Source: a bacterium (GTDB lineage Bacteria; Patescibacteriota; Minisyncoccia; Moranbacterales; GWC2-37-73). From it: a stretch of DNA of 64,000 bases. The position numbers and the translations under genes were made by a program. The DNA is taken from assembly GCA_003251635.1 (NCBI GenBank), contig QKEW01000008.1, forward strand, positions 110,860 through 174,859. The letters run 5' to 3'. Under the pieces are notes generated by a model. It saw nothing but the letters and a program-made list of their open reading frames with translations, did not search any database and had not been told where the DNA came from. Positions 20,378 through 30,700 of this stretch are shown one piece after another (position 1 is the stretch's first letter; every line of letters starts with the position of its first letter).

Positions 20378-21580
20378 TTGATGCCACACAATTTTCACAC
20401 AACCTACAGCTTTTTGAAAAATAAAGAAATGAACTCTTTGTATATTTCCTATGCAATTTATCAGTTCGCTATGGGCTTGATTTCCATTTTTGTGCCGGTC
20501 TATCTTTATCAATCCGGCTATTGTGTGGTAGACATTCTGGTTTATTTCTTCTTGGTTTCAGTTTATTTTCTGGCTTTTGCTTTTTGGGGAGTGAAAATTG
20601 TGGAAAAAATCGGCGTTAAACACTCAATGCTTTTGGCGGTGCCGTTGAATATTATTTATTTTTTGGGTTTGAAATTCATTATTCAATTTCCGGTTTTGTT
20701 TTTTATCTTGCCGTTTTTTAAGGCGGTTAAGATGCAAATTTATAATTATGGATTTCATCTGAATTTTGTGGAACACTCTGATCGAAAAAAAGAGGGACGG
20801 GAGGTGGCTTTGATTCAAATGGGATCGCTTCTGGCCAGTGGGTTGGCGCCATTTTTTGGTGGTCTGATTATCAAATTTTCCAGTTACCCGATTCTTTTTA
20901 TTGTCGGGTCAATCTTGCTTTTTGTTTCAGCTTTTCCTCTTTTTCTGACTAAGGATAAACACGAAAAAGTTCAATTTAGCCGTCAAGACTTATTTGGAGA
21001 TATTTTCAAAAAGGAAAATCGGGGAGTTTTATTGAATTTTAGCGGTTATGCAGTTGAGTCCTGGATCGGATTTATTTTGTGGCCGCTTTTTCTGTTTATT
21101 ATTTTGAAAAGCAGTGAAGCGGTGGGAGCGGTGGCTTCTCTTTCAATGATCTTAACTCTGGTTGTTTTTTATTTCGTCGGTCGCAAAACGGATGGGAGTG
21201 ACAAAGAAAAAATGCTCAAAGTCAGCTCGGTTTTTTATTCGGTTGGTTGGATTTCGCGTCTTTTTGCCTATAACTTCACCTCAGTTTTTTTGGTGGACAC
21301 TTATAAGAATCTTTCCATGCGTTTCATTCAAATTCCTTGGAGTGCCAATTTTTATGAGCAAGCCAAAAAAAGAAATCATTTTTATTTTATTGTTGAGCGG
21401 GAGTTCATTTTTCATTTCGCCAGGATTATTTTAATGCCGCTGCTGATTGCAATTTTCTATTTCGATTGGCTGCCATTTCGAATTTCTTTTACCCTAGCTG
21501 CTTTCGCTTCACTTTTCTATGCCTTTTCAATCAAAAAAAATTCCCCAACGGAGAATTTAGCTACAAACAAATCTTTTTAA
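20378..21580 (+). CDS. Polytopic membrane protein, probable MFS-like transporter (start probably downstream of the track start)
   Basis: 400 aa with about 12 hydrophobic helices; divergent from fpg. Confidence 0.4.
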   Translation: MMPHNFHTTYSFLKNKEMNSLYISYAIYQFAMGLISIFVPVYLYQSGYCVVDILVYFFLVSVYFLAFAFWGVKIVEKIGVKHSMLLAVPLNIIYFLGLKFIIQFPVLFFILPFFKAVKMQIYNYGFHLNFVEHSDRKKEGREVALIQMGSLLASGLAPFFGGLIIKFSSYPILFIVGSILLFVSAFPLFLTKDKHEKVQFSRQDLFGDIFKKENRGVLLNFSGYAVESWIGFILWPLFLFIILKSSEAVGAVASLSMILTLVVFYFVGRKTDGSDKEKMLKVSSVFYSVGWISRLFAYNFTSVFLVDTYKNLSMRFIQIPWSANFYEQAKKRNHFYFIVEREFIFHFARIILMPLLIAIFYFDWLPFRISFTLAAFASLFYAFSIKKNSPTENLATNKSF

Positions 21581-21588
21581 AAGAGATT

Positions 21589-24303
21589 TTAGATTTCGCC
21601 CCAGTTGTCGCCAATTTTAACATCGACCTCCAAGGGAACTTTTAGGGTTAGAACATTTTCCATGACTTTTTTGATTTCTTGGGCAAAATTTTGGGAAATT
21701 TCCTTTTTGACTTCAAAAATTATTTCGTCGTGGACCTGCAAAATGGCTCGAGCCTGTTGAGAATATTTCTCTTCAATCAATCGTTCGGTCTTGATCATGG
21801 CTAACTTGACGATATCCGAAGCCAGACCTTGAATCGGCATATTGATAGCCATTCTCTCGGCGCCGGCGGCTACTTGAAAATTGGAAGAATTGATTTGGGG
21901 CAAATAGCGGCGCCGTCCCAAAATCGTTTCGACGTAACCATTTTTTTTGGCAAATTCTCGAGTTTTTTGCATGTAATTGGCCACGCCGGCAAATTTTTTC
22001 AAGTAGGTGTCGATAAATTCCTGAGCTTGATCACGGGAAATCTTGGCACTTTGAGAAAAGCCGTAAGCCCCGATTCCGTAGATGATGCCAAAGTTCAGCG
22101 CCTTGGCGTTTCGGCGCATGTTTTTGGTTACCTGAGAAAGTGGAACCTGGTTTATTTCAGCGGCGGTTAATTGATGAATGTCAGCTCCCTGATGAAAAGT
22201 TTCCATCATTTTAGGATCTTCGCTAACGTGAGCAATGGCTCGCAGATCAATTTGAGAATAGTCGGCACCGACTAAAACGCATTCGTCTTGAGCTTCAAAA
22301 GCGGTGCGCAAAAATCTGCCCAGCTCAGTTCGAATCGGAATGTTTTGTAAATTCGGATCACTGGAAGAAAGCCGACCGGTAGCAGTCACAGCTTGATTGA
22401 AAGAGGTGTGAATGCGTGACTCTTCATCCAAAAGAAGAGGAATGACATCCAAATAAGTATTTTTCAGCTTGAAGAGTTCGCGATATTGTTCGATTTTTTC
22501 AATGATTGGGTGGAGGTCTCGAAGCTTTTCCAATTCTCCCGAGGCGGTAGAAAACTTAGTCTTGGTTTTTTTGATCAGATTGGTAGGGAGCTTAAGTTTT
22601 TCAAACAGGATGTCGGAAAGTTGGGAAGGGGAATTGATGTTGAAATTTTGTCCAGCTAAGGAATAGATGGAGTCCTCCAAGTCTTGAAGTTGCTTGGCTA
22701 ATTTTTCAGATATTCCTTGAAAGATGACAGGATTAAGCTTGATTCCGGCCAGCTCCATGTCGGCTAAAATCTTGATCAAAGGCATTTCAAGTTTTGTCAA
22801 AATATTCTCAAGGTTGTTTTTTTCGCCCAACTCTTTTTTTTGCTGGCGGGAAATTTCTTGGATTTTTTCAAACAGGATTTTGTAAAGCTTGAAATAATAG
22901 TCGGCTTTTTGACAGGCGCGTCTGGCGATAATTCCTTCGTTTTGAGTTTGAAGCATGGAAAGTTGACCTTTGGATTTTTCACCGAAATCAACTTCTTCGC
23001 CTAAGTGTTCCAGGATCAATTTTTCCAGATCGATTTTTTCTCCCGGGTTTAGCAGGTAAGTTAACAAAGTCAGATCAAAATCTTGACTGTTGAAATTAAG
23101 TTGAATTTTTTCACGAAGCAATTGTTTGTAGTCTTTTTTTAAATCAAAGCCGATTTTTCCAATCCTGTCATCTTCAAGTAACTGTTTGATTAGGGGAAAT
23201 GATTTTGCTGAAAATGGAATGAAATTGGCACGACCGGTTTTGGTGCAAAAAGCTACCCCGCTGATTTTTTGGTCGGATTGAGCCAAGCAAAAAGCGATTG
23301 GGGAATTGCTGCGGATTTCTTCAAAGATTTTTTGCCAACCATTTTCGCCGACAATTTGATATTTAAAATCAGCTACTTCCTTTTGATTTGAATCGGATTT
23401 TTGTGGGGAATTTTCGCTATCCCTGCTTTGTTCGGGTAATCTTTTGATAAGTGAGAAAAAGTTCAACTCCCTAAAAAGAGCGGTAATTTTGTCCCGATCA
23501 AATTCGTGCAAGATTGCTGAAGGTAAATCTAGTTTAACATCAACTTGGCAGTCTATGGTGGCTAATTTTTTGCTCAAAATCGCTTGGGCCTTATCTTCTT
23601 GAAGTTTGTCATGAACCGAGCCTTTGACTTGATCCAAATTTTCATAGACTTTTTCCAAGGTGCCAAATTCTTTGAGTAGTCCAGTGGCAGTCTTTTCGCC
23701 AACACCCTTAACTCCCGGAATGTTGTCGGACGGATCGCCGCGAAGTCCCTTGAAATCGCGCAGTTGGTCCGGTGAAAAGCTGTATTTTTCCCAAACAGCT
23801 TTTTCGTCAAATAAAACTGAATCGGAAAGTCCGCGTCGCATGGTGAAAACCTTGGTTTTTTCATTAACCAATTGCAAGGCATCCATATCGCCAGTCACGA
23901 TGATGGTTTCAATATTTTCTTTTTGCTGTTGGGCTTGATTGGCTAAAGTGCCTATCACGTCATCCGCTTCAAAGCCGGCTTTTTCATAGATGGGAATATT
24001 GAAAGTTTCGACCACTTTTTTAACCAAGGGAATTTGGGCGTAGAGCTCGTCAGGGGCTTTTTGGCGATGGGCTTTGTAGTCGGCAAATTCTTCGTGGCGA
24101 AAAGTCGGTCCAGCCAAATCAAAAGAAGCCGCCACGTAGTCAGGCTGGAATTGTTCAACGACTGAAAGCAAGGTGGAAGAAAAACCGTAAACGGCGTTGA
24201 CCAGTTCGCCTTTTTTGGTGGTCAGCGGTGGTAAGGCATGAAAAGCGCGGTGAATGAGCGCATTGCCGTCGATCAGGATTAATTTTTTAGGTTTATTTGG
24301 CAT
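21589..24303 (-). CDS. polA: DNA polymerase I (5'-3' exonuclease + Klenow-like polymerase)
   Basis: N-terminal 5'-3' exonuclease motifs (LILIDGNALIHRAFHA), C-terminal family A polymerase motifs (DYSQIDLR, QVHDEI). Confidence 0.95.
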   Translation of the reverse strand: MPNKPKKLILIDGNALIHRAFHALPPLTTKKGELVNAVYGFSSTLLSVVEQFQPDYVAASFDLAGPTFRHEEFADYKAHRQKAPDELYAQIPLVKKVVETFNIPIYEKAGFEADDVIGTLANQAQQQKENIETIIVTGDMDALQLVNEKTKVFTMRRGLSDSVLFDEKAVWEKYSFSPDQLRDFKGLRGDPSDNIPGVKGVGEKTATGLLKEFGTLEKVYENLDQVKGSVHDKLQEDKAQAILSKKLATIDCQVDVKLDLPSAILHEFDRDKITALFRELNFFSLIKRLPEQSRDSENSPQKSDSNQKEVADFKYQIVGENGWQKIFEEIRSNSPIAFCLAQSDQKISGVAFCTKTGRANFIPFSAKSFPLIKQLLEDDRIGKIGFDLKKDYKQLLREKIQLNFNSQDFDLTLLTYLLNPGEKIDLEKLILEHLGEEVDFGEKSKGQLSMLQTQNEGIIARRACQKADYYFKLYKILFEKIQEISRQQKKELGEKNNLENILTKLEMPLIKILADMELAGIKLNPVIFQGISEKLAKQLQDLEDSIYSLAGQNFNINSPSQLSDILFEKLKLPTNLIKKTKTKFSTASGELEKLRDLHPIIEKIEQYRELFKLKNTYLDVIPLLLDEESRIHTSFNQAVTATGRLSSSDPNLQNIPIRTELGRFLRTAFEAQDECVLVGADYSQIDLRAIAHVSEDPKMMETFHQGADIHQLTAAEINQVPLSQVTKNMRRNAKALNFGIIYGIGAYGFSQSAKISRDQAQEFIDTYLKKFAGVANYMQKTREFAKKNGYVETILGRRRYLPQINSSNFQVAAGAERMAINMPIQGLASDIVKLAMIKTERLIEEKYSQQARAILQVHDEIIFEVKKEISQNFAQEIKKVMENVLTLKVPLEVDVKIGDNWGEI

Positions 24304-24531
24304 GGTTTAAGTATAAAATGTCCAGGGAAATATGACAATGATTTTTAAAAATAAAAAAACGTCTGGTTAATATTTACCGGTTGATGTTAGCCACCCACCA
24401 AAAATATAGGCTGATTGTTTTGGAAAGAAAAACGGGTTAAAATGGTAGTACAATTTGGACAACAGCTTTTGGGCTGGATTTTGACGGGGCTTTGGGGTCT
24501 TAACAAAATATCGTTGATATGCTTTTCCAAT

Positions 24532-24567
24532 AAAAAGCCCCCTAGCTTTAACAGCAGGGGGCTTTTT
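24532..24567. terminator. Bidirectional intrinsic terminator (AAAAAGCCCCCT...AGGGGGCTTTTT)
   Basis: 11-bp GC-rich stem with flanking A and T runs, downstream of the minus-strand cyclophilin gene. Confidence 0.7.
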
Positions 24568-24678
24568 CTATGTCTCATTTTTTATTTTTAGAGAGTTTAA
24601 GTTTCCAATTTTCCAGCGCTGAAAAAATTTCCAAAAACAATATTAAAAAAATCCTGATTTTAGCTGAAAGATAAATTT

Positions 24679-25398
24679 TTATTTTTCAATCAATTCAACT
24701 GAATCAATCGTGATTTTTTCCAAAGGTTGATCTTGCGAATTGGTGGCGGATTTTTCAATCTGGTCAATCACTTCCATTCCGGAAATCACTTGGCCAAAGT
24801 TGGTGTGATGACCATCAAGCCAAGGAGTCGCCTCAGCGGTGACAATGAAAAACTGTGAGCCATTGGTGTTGGGTCCCGAGTTGGCCATAGCCAGTGAACC
24901 GCGAACCAATTTTTCATCGTTGATCTCGTCGTTAAATTTATAGCCTGGGTCGCCGGTTCCGACTGCCACTTTGGTCCAGTCTGCTTGCTTGGAAAGCGGA
25001 TCGCCGCCTTGAATCATGAAATCTTTGATGACTCGGTGAAAAGCGGTGTCGTCATAGAAATTTTCTTGAGCCAATTTGAGAAAATTTTCAACGGTTTGGG
25101 GTGATTTATCGGCGAAAAATTTCACTTCAATGTCACCCAAGGAAGTTTTCAAAATTGCCCGGTCATATTTTTGGATCAACTCCAAATTTTCATTTTCCAT
25201 AGAATTTTCGTTAATTTTATTATTTTCTTGTTGGACTGCTTGATTGATTTTCTCTTCGGCTGTCTTTTTGGTTTCCAATAAATCGGAAACGTAGTTGGAA
25301 GATTCTTTTTGAGCGGATTTTTCTTGAGGATTGGTATTTATTTTGTAATAGGCAAAGGCAGCTAGGACAATAAGAACAAAAAGGATGATTTTTTTCAT
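24679..25398 (-). CDS. Peptidyl-prolyl cis-trans isomerase, cyclophilin type, with N-terminal signal/anchor
   Basis: Cyclophilin motifs FHRVIKDFMIQGGDP and ANSGPNTNGSQFFI. Confidence 0.85.
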   Translation of the reverse strand: MKKIILFVLIVLAAFAYYKINTNPQEKSAQKESSNYVSDLLETKKTAEEKINQAVQQENNKINENSMENENLELIQKYDRAILKTSLGDIEVKFFADKSPQTVENFLKLAQENFYDDTAFHRVIKDFMIQGGDPLSKQADWTKVAVGTGDPGYKFNDEINDEKLVRGSLAMANSGPNTNGSQFFIVTAEATPWLDGHHTNFGQVISGMEVIDQIEKSATNSQDQPLEKITIDSVELIEK

Positions 25399-25405
25399 AA
25401 ATTTT

Positions 25406-25873
25406 TTATTTTAAAATTATTTCTCGTCTATTTCCATCCAGATGACGAAAGTTCAGCCAAATGGAATTTTCCGGCAAAAGCTCAAGAATTTTTTCCGGCC
25501 ACTCCACAATAATAACGCAATTTTTCTTTTGGAGGAAATCTGGCCAACCTAGATCTAACAAATCTTGGGAACTGATGCGATAGGCGTCAATGTGGATGGC
25601 TTCCACAATCGATGAATAATTGTTGTTTGTTTTTAGTTGTGAGTTGTCAGTTTTTCGGTTATCAGTTTTTCGGTAGTTTTTCAAAATGGCAAAAGTCGGA
25701 CTGGTAAAAGGGCCTTCGAAGCCTAATTCATTCAAGAGTCCCTGGGTAAAAGTTGTTTTGCCTCCACCCAAATCTCCCTCCAAGCACAAAACTTGGCCAC
25801 CGGAAAGTTTTTGAGCCATTTTCCGAGCCAAATCTTGAGTCTCAAGTGGATTTTGGGTGATGAATTTTTCCAT
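25406..25873 (-). CDS. tsaE: tRNA threonylcarbamoyladenosine biosynthesis ATPase TsaE (YjeE)
   Basis: P-loop GDLGGGKTTFTQGL and TsaE-size protein. Contains an in-frame 15-nt tandem duplication (NRKTD x2). Confidence 0.75.
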   Translation of the reverse strand: MEKFITQNPLETQDLARKMAQKLSGGQVLCLEGDLGGGKTTFTQGLLNELGFEGPFTSPTFAILKNYRKTDNRKTDNSQLKTNNNYSSIVEAIHIDAYRISSQDLLDLGWPDFLQKKNCVIIVEWPEKILELLPENSIWLNFRHLDGNRREIILK

Positions 25874-25923
25874 ACCTAAAGCTTAGATTATTTTGGGCAA
25901 AAAGAAAATACCCGCCTCGGAAA

Positions 25924-26181
25924 CTAGTTTCCAAAGCGGGCATTGATTGATCTGCCATTATAACGGATGCGAGCATTATCCGTTTTGATGGAGAATTCGA
26001 ATTTTTGCATAACAATACCGGAGGGTTCTTCTTTGCGGTATTGTTCTTTCGGTGGCCGGCTGGCATCCAGTGCTGACCAGGTTTGGCTACTTGGGTCATA
26101 GACCCGAATAGTGTTCCTTGGGGCGGCGCAACCGCCGAGAAACAGCCCCAGCAACAGCGTCATAACCAACATTTTTTTCAT
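25924..26181 (-). CDS. Small lipoprotein (signal peptide + lipobox Cys)
   Basis: MKKMLVMTLLLGLFLGGCAAP lipobox; GGAGG SD 7 nt upstream. Preferred over the overlapping alternative-frame ORF 25842..26099. Confidence 0.45.
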   Translation of the reverse strand: MKKMLVMTLLLGLFLGGCAAPRNTIRVYDPSSQTWSALDASRPPKEQYRKEEPSGIVMQKFEFSIKTDNARIRYNGRSINARFGN

Positions 26182-26450
26182 AAAACCTCCTCGGACGCTC
26201 GGCGTCCTTTTTTTGAATAAGGAACTAATCTAAGCTAACAATATAGCATAGCATATTTTTCCAATTTTGTCAAGTCGGAAAAAGGCGCCAATTGACACGC
26301 CGAAAAAAGCCTGATAAATTGGAAGACTGGCCGAAGGCGTGTGGCGCGTAGCTCATAGCGCCAAGCACGAAATGCGCAATGAATTAACTCAAAATCAAAA
26401 GCTATTAACCTAAAACCTAACCGCCTAAAAACTAAAAACTGCTAACCAAT

Positions 26451-27584
26451 ATGGTTTTAGATCAGGAGAAACAATTTGAAAAAATCATTACTGAATCTGA
26501 GGAAATTTTGATTTTGTTGCCAAGAAATCCCAGTGGAGATTCAATCGGTTCGGCTTGGGCGCTGAGCTTTTTTTTGCAGAAAAAAGATAAAAAGGCCACG
26601 ATTGTTTTTGAAGATGGATCAGTTGGGGATAAATATGATTTTTTGCCTAAACCGGAGAAGGTTTTGCATGAACTTTCCGGTACGCAGGATTTTATTTTGT
26701 CTTTCAATACCAAGTTCAATAAAATCGTTGATATCAAAACGGAAAAATTGGACGAAGAGCTTCGAGTCTATATCACGCCGGAAAAGGGCTCCATTGATCC
26801 GCGTGATTTTTCCTTTATTCCTTCGCGCTTTAAATATGACGCCCTGATTGTTTTGGGCAGTCCCGATCGGGAGTCTTTGGGAAAAATTTTTGAGGATAAT
26901 CCGGATATTTTCTATGAAGTGCCGGTGATTAATATTGATTTTCATCCGGAAAATGATCGTTTTGGACAAATGAATGTTTTGGATATGGCCGCTTCTTCAG
27001 TGGCAGAGATTTTGTTTGATATGTTGGAGAAAATTGATGAAAATTCTTTGGATGAAAAAATTTCCTTGTGTTTGCTAACGGCTATTATTGAAGCGACTAA
27101 CAGTTTTCAAAATCAAAAAACTACGCCGAAATCCTTGTTGATGTCAGCCACTTTGATGAATAAGGGAGCGGACCAGCAAAAGATTATTCGCTATCTGTAC
27201 AAAACCCAGCCTTTTTCAGTTTTAAAGCTTTGGGGTCGGGTGATGGCGCGACTGCGCTGGGTGGAAGATTGCGCTTTAGTTTGGGCGCCGGTTCTTTTGG
27301 AAGATTTTGTGCAAAGTCGTTCCAATCCGAAAGAAGTCGGGTTGATTTTGGATAAAATCATGGAAAATTATTCTCAGGGCAAGATTTTTATGGTTGTTTA
27401 CGCTAAAGACAATGAAAAAACCCAGGTAATAATAAAATCCAGCGAATTGCAGGTCATTAAAAAATTGGCAGCTATTTTTGATGGAAAAATAAGCGCCGGT
27501 GTGGTGGAATTTTCTCAAGATGAAAATAATCTTCAAGCAGTTGGAGAAAAAATCAGCGAGAAAATAAGCGAAATCCTGACTTAA
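26451..27584 (+). CDS. DHH-family phosphoesterase (NrnA-like oligoribonuclease/pAp phosphatase), DHH motif variant DFH
   Basis: NrnA-like N-terminus (PSGDSIGSAWAL), GSPDRE, and INIDFHPEN in place of the DHH motif. Confidence 0.6.
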   Translation: MVLDQEKQFEKIITESEEILILLPRNPSGDSIGSAWALSFFLQKKDKKATIVFEDGSVGDKYDFLPKPEKVLHELSGTQDFILSFNTKFNKIVDIKTEKLDEELRVYITPEKGSIDPRDFSFIPSRFKYDALIVLGSPDRESLGKIFEDNPDIFYEVPVINIDFHPENDRFGQMNVLDMAASSVAEILFDMLEKIDENSLDEKISLCLLTAIIEATNSFQNQKTTPKSLLMSATLMNKGADQQKIIRYLYKTQPFSVLKLWGRVMARLRWVEDCALVWAPVLLEDFVQSRSNPKEVGLILDKIMENYSQGKIFMVVYAKDNEKTQVIIKSSELQVIKKLAAIFDGKISAGVVEFSQDENNLQAVGEKISEKISEILT

Positions 27585-27744
27585 TTTTTGAAAGAAATCG
27601 AACTGGGTTTTTGGTAAAAATTTTTTGGCAGACCTCTGCAGTCTGTTTTTTGTTTGGGTATAAATCAGGTATGTATGTCAACTTGCTCTTGGGTTGATAC
27701 CGTTTTATAATTAAAATCAGAAGAAATAAAAAAGAAACAAAAAA

Positions 27745-30700
27745 ATGGTTAAGGTTGATAAAAATAATTCAAGCGGTTTTGCTCAAAGCGACGATACTGA
27801 CAAATTGCTCAGAAAAATGCGCGATGAATCTGAGGAGCAACAAGCGGCTAGAATTGCTGATGAAAACAAACTTACTTATATAGATTTGAATATTTTTCCG
27901 GTCAGCATTGAAGATGTGCGAACAGTTTCTTTTGAAGATTCAAAAAAATATCAGATAACTGTTTTTCAAAAAACCGGAAGAGAGGTTCATGTGGCTTTGA
28001 TTGATCCGAAAAATAAAGAAACTTTGGATTTTATCGAGTCGCTTAAAAATGACAACGGTTGGAACATGCACATCTACGTGATTTCCTTGTCTTCTTTGAA
28101 GAAAATCTGGAAGCGCTACGAAGAAGCTCCTTTCATGGCCAGCTTGGAGAAAATGCAAATTTCTTTGACGGGTAGTGATTTGGAAAAATTCGAACAAGAC
28201 TTTGGCGGTCTTTTGGAACTTAAGAAAAAAATTCGGGACATTCCAACTACTCAGGTAGTGACGATCATTATGGCTGGAGCGGTTAAAATGAAAGCCAGTG
28301 ACGTTCATTTTGAACCGCAGAAAGAACAGGTGCGTTTACGTTTTCGTATCGACGGTGTTTTGCAAGAAATTGGAGATTTGCCGCCGGATATTTATCGATT
28401 CATTCTTTCGCGCATCAAGATGATGGGCAAGATGAAAATCAACGTGCGCGATATGGCTCAGGACGGACATTTTTCGATTGATTTGGAAAATGGCGGATTT
28501 AATGTGCGGGTCAACACTATCCCGGGAAATCATGGCGAATCTATTGTGATGCGTCTTTTGAATCAATCGGACATCATGCTTTCAGTTGAAGATTTGGGGC
28601 TTCGCGGTTTGGCCTATGAGCAACTTCAAAAACAAATTGAGCAACCCAACGGAATGATTCTAACTACCGGTCCAACTGGCAGCGGAAAGACTACCACGCT
28701 TTATGCGATTATCAACAAGCTCAATACGCCAGATATTAAGATCATTACGATTGAAGATCCGATCGAATATGAGGTTAAGGGTATTTCCCAAACTCAAATT
28801 GAAAAAGACCGTAATTATACTTTTGCCGAGGGCCTTAGGGCGATCGTGCGTCAAGATCCGGATGTGATTTTGGTGGGTGAAATTCGTGATGAGGAAACTT
28901 CGGACATTTCAGTCAACGCGGCTTTGACTGGTCACTTGGTGCTTTCAACTTTGCATACCAATAACGCGCCGGCTTCAATTCCGCGTTTTATTGAATTGGG
29001 GGTTAAGCCGAATTTGATCGCGCCTTCAGTCAATGCTTTTATTGCCCAACGTTTAGTCCGAAAACTTTGTGAACATTGCAAAGAGGCCTACACGCCGGCT
29101 CAAGAAACAATTTCTTCAATTAAGAAAATTCTTTCAATCATTTCACCCAAAGCCAAAGTTGAAATTCCTAAAAATATCGAAAAATTGTATCGCCCAGTTG
29201 GTTGTCCGAAATGTCATAATCTGGGCTATAAGGGTCGAATTGGAATTTTTGAAGTTTTGACCATCAATGAAGAAATTGAAAAATTGATTTTGGAAATGGG
29301 CGGCGAAAGGGAAATTGCTCAAGCGGCTATGGAAGATGGAATGATAACGATGGCTCAAGACGGAATTCTCAAGGCGGTTAGCGGGGAAACTTCCATGGAA
29401 GAAGTTTGGCGGGCGACTGGGCAAAGTGAGTTTTTAGAAACGATCTATGAAAAATTGATGGAGCAATCCTTGTCGCGATCAATCACGGTTTCTGAAAATG
29501 ATTTGCAGAAAGTTTCGCAAAATCTGGATTCGATTGAAAAATTGGGAGAGCTGATCAAGGGGGCTAACCAAAAGGCTATTGCTAAATATATTTTTGCCAG
29601 CAGTTTGCTTTTGGGAGTGGGTGACATTCATATTGAGCCCGAAGAAAAAGATGTGAAGATTCGTTATCGAATTGATGGGATTTTACAAACCATCGCAACT
29701 ATTCCTTTGGATGAATATCCAAGTTTTTTGGGTGAAATAAAATTTCTAAGCGGATTTAAGGCGGACGTGCGAGACGGAGTTAAGGATAGCCGTTTTGCAA
29801 TTGAGCTGGAAAAACCTTTTGAAAAATTGACAGAAACCAAAGTGGATGTGCGCGTCTCGATTATTTTGGGTGGTTTTGGAGAAACGGTGGTTATGCGACT
29901 CCTTAGCAAATCAGCAGTGGCTTTGGATTTGACCAAGTTGGGAATTCGACAGCAAACACTGGATAAGATCATGCATGTCATCAAAAAACCCAATGGTATT
30001 TTTCTTAACACCGGACCGACCGGTAGTGGAAAGACTACCACGCTGTATAGTATTTTGGGAATTTTGAATCAGCCGGAAGTTAAGATCATAACAGTGGAAG
30101 ATCCGATTGAATATCAAATGGAAGGTGTTTTGCAAACTCAAGTTAATGAGGAAGCCAATTACACTTTTTCCACGGCCCTTAGATCGCTTTTGCGTCAAAA
30201 TCCGGACATCATGATGATTGGAGAAATTCGCGACAATGAAACGGCTAATATCGCAGTTCAAGCCGCTTTGACTGGTCATGCTATCTTTTCGACGCTGCAC
30301 ACTAATGATGCGGCCGCTTCGATTCATCGTTTGCTTAATATGGAAGTGGAAAGCGATGATTTAGCCACGGCTATCAATGCTCTAATGGCGCAAAGATTGG
30401 GACGCAAGCTTTGTGAGTGCAAAGAAAAAGTCATGCCGACTGCCGAGGAGAAAAAACACATTGAAGAAGTTTTAGCGACGATTTCTCAAAAGGCTGGAGT
30501 GGAGATTCCAAAAGTGGAATTTATCTATAAGCCCAAGGGCTGTGAAAAATGTAATCACATTGGGTATAGGGGTCGTACAACCATCACGGAAGTTTTGGTG
30601 GTCGATCGGGATGTGCAGGAATTGATTTCGACTCATGCGCTTTCTTCGCAAATCAAAGACAAGGCGGTCGAAAACGGCATGATCACCATGCTCCAAGACG

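Noticed and set aside
20315-20512. 5' extension of the fpg ORF (66 extra codons from a TTG)
   Set aside because: Fpg catalysis needs Pro2 after the initiator Met. The internal MPELPEV start is the only functional N-terminus, and the extension overlaps the divergent transporter gene.
21829-22170. Plus-strand ORFs inside polA (and similar antisense ORFs inside the 1180-3843, 27745-30765, 44762-46168 and 49556-52120 genes)
   Set aside because: All are embedded antisense in long, well-supported genes with clear homology; treated as shadow ORFs.
24387-24578. 63-aa minus-strand ORF between polA and the cyclophilin gene
   Set aside because: Overlaps the intrinsic terminator hairpin and has no SD or recognisable domain; it is intergenic.
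25842-26099. 85-aa minus-strand ORF overlapping tsaE 3' end and the lipoprotein gene in another frame
   Set aside because: The alternative frame 25924..26181 has a lipobox signal peptide and a GGAGG SD; this frame has neither.
26340-26400. GC-rich intergenic stretch (GTGGCGCGTAGCTCATAGCGCC...) examined as a possible tRNA
   Set aside because: No T-arm (GTTCGAATC-like) or acceptor-stem complementarity; only a short 5-bp hairpin.
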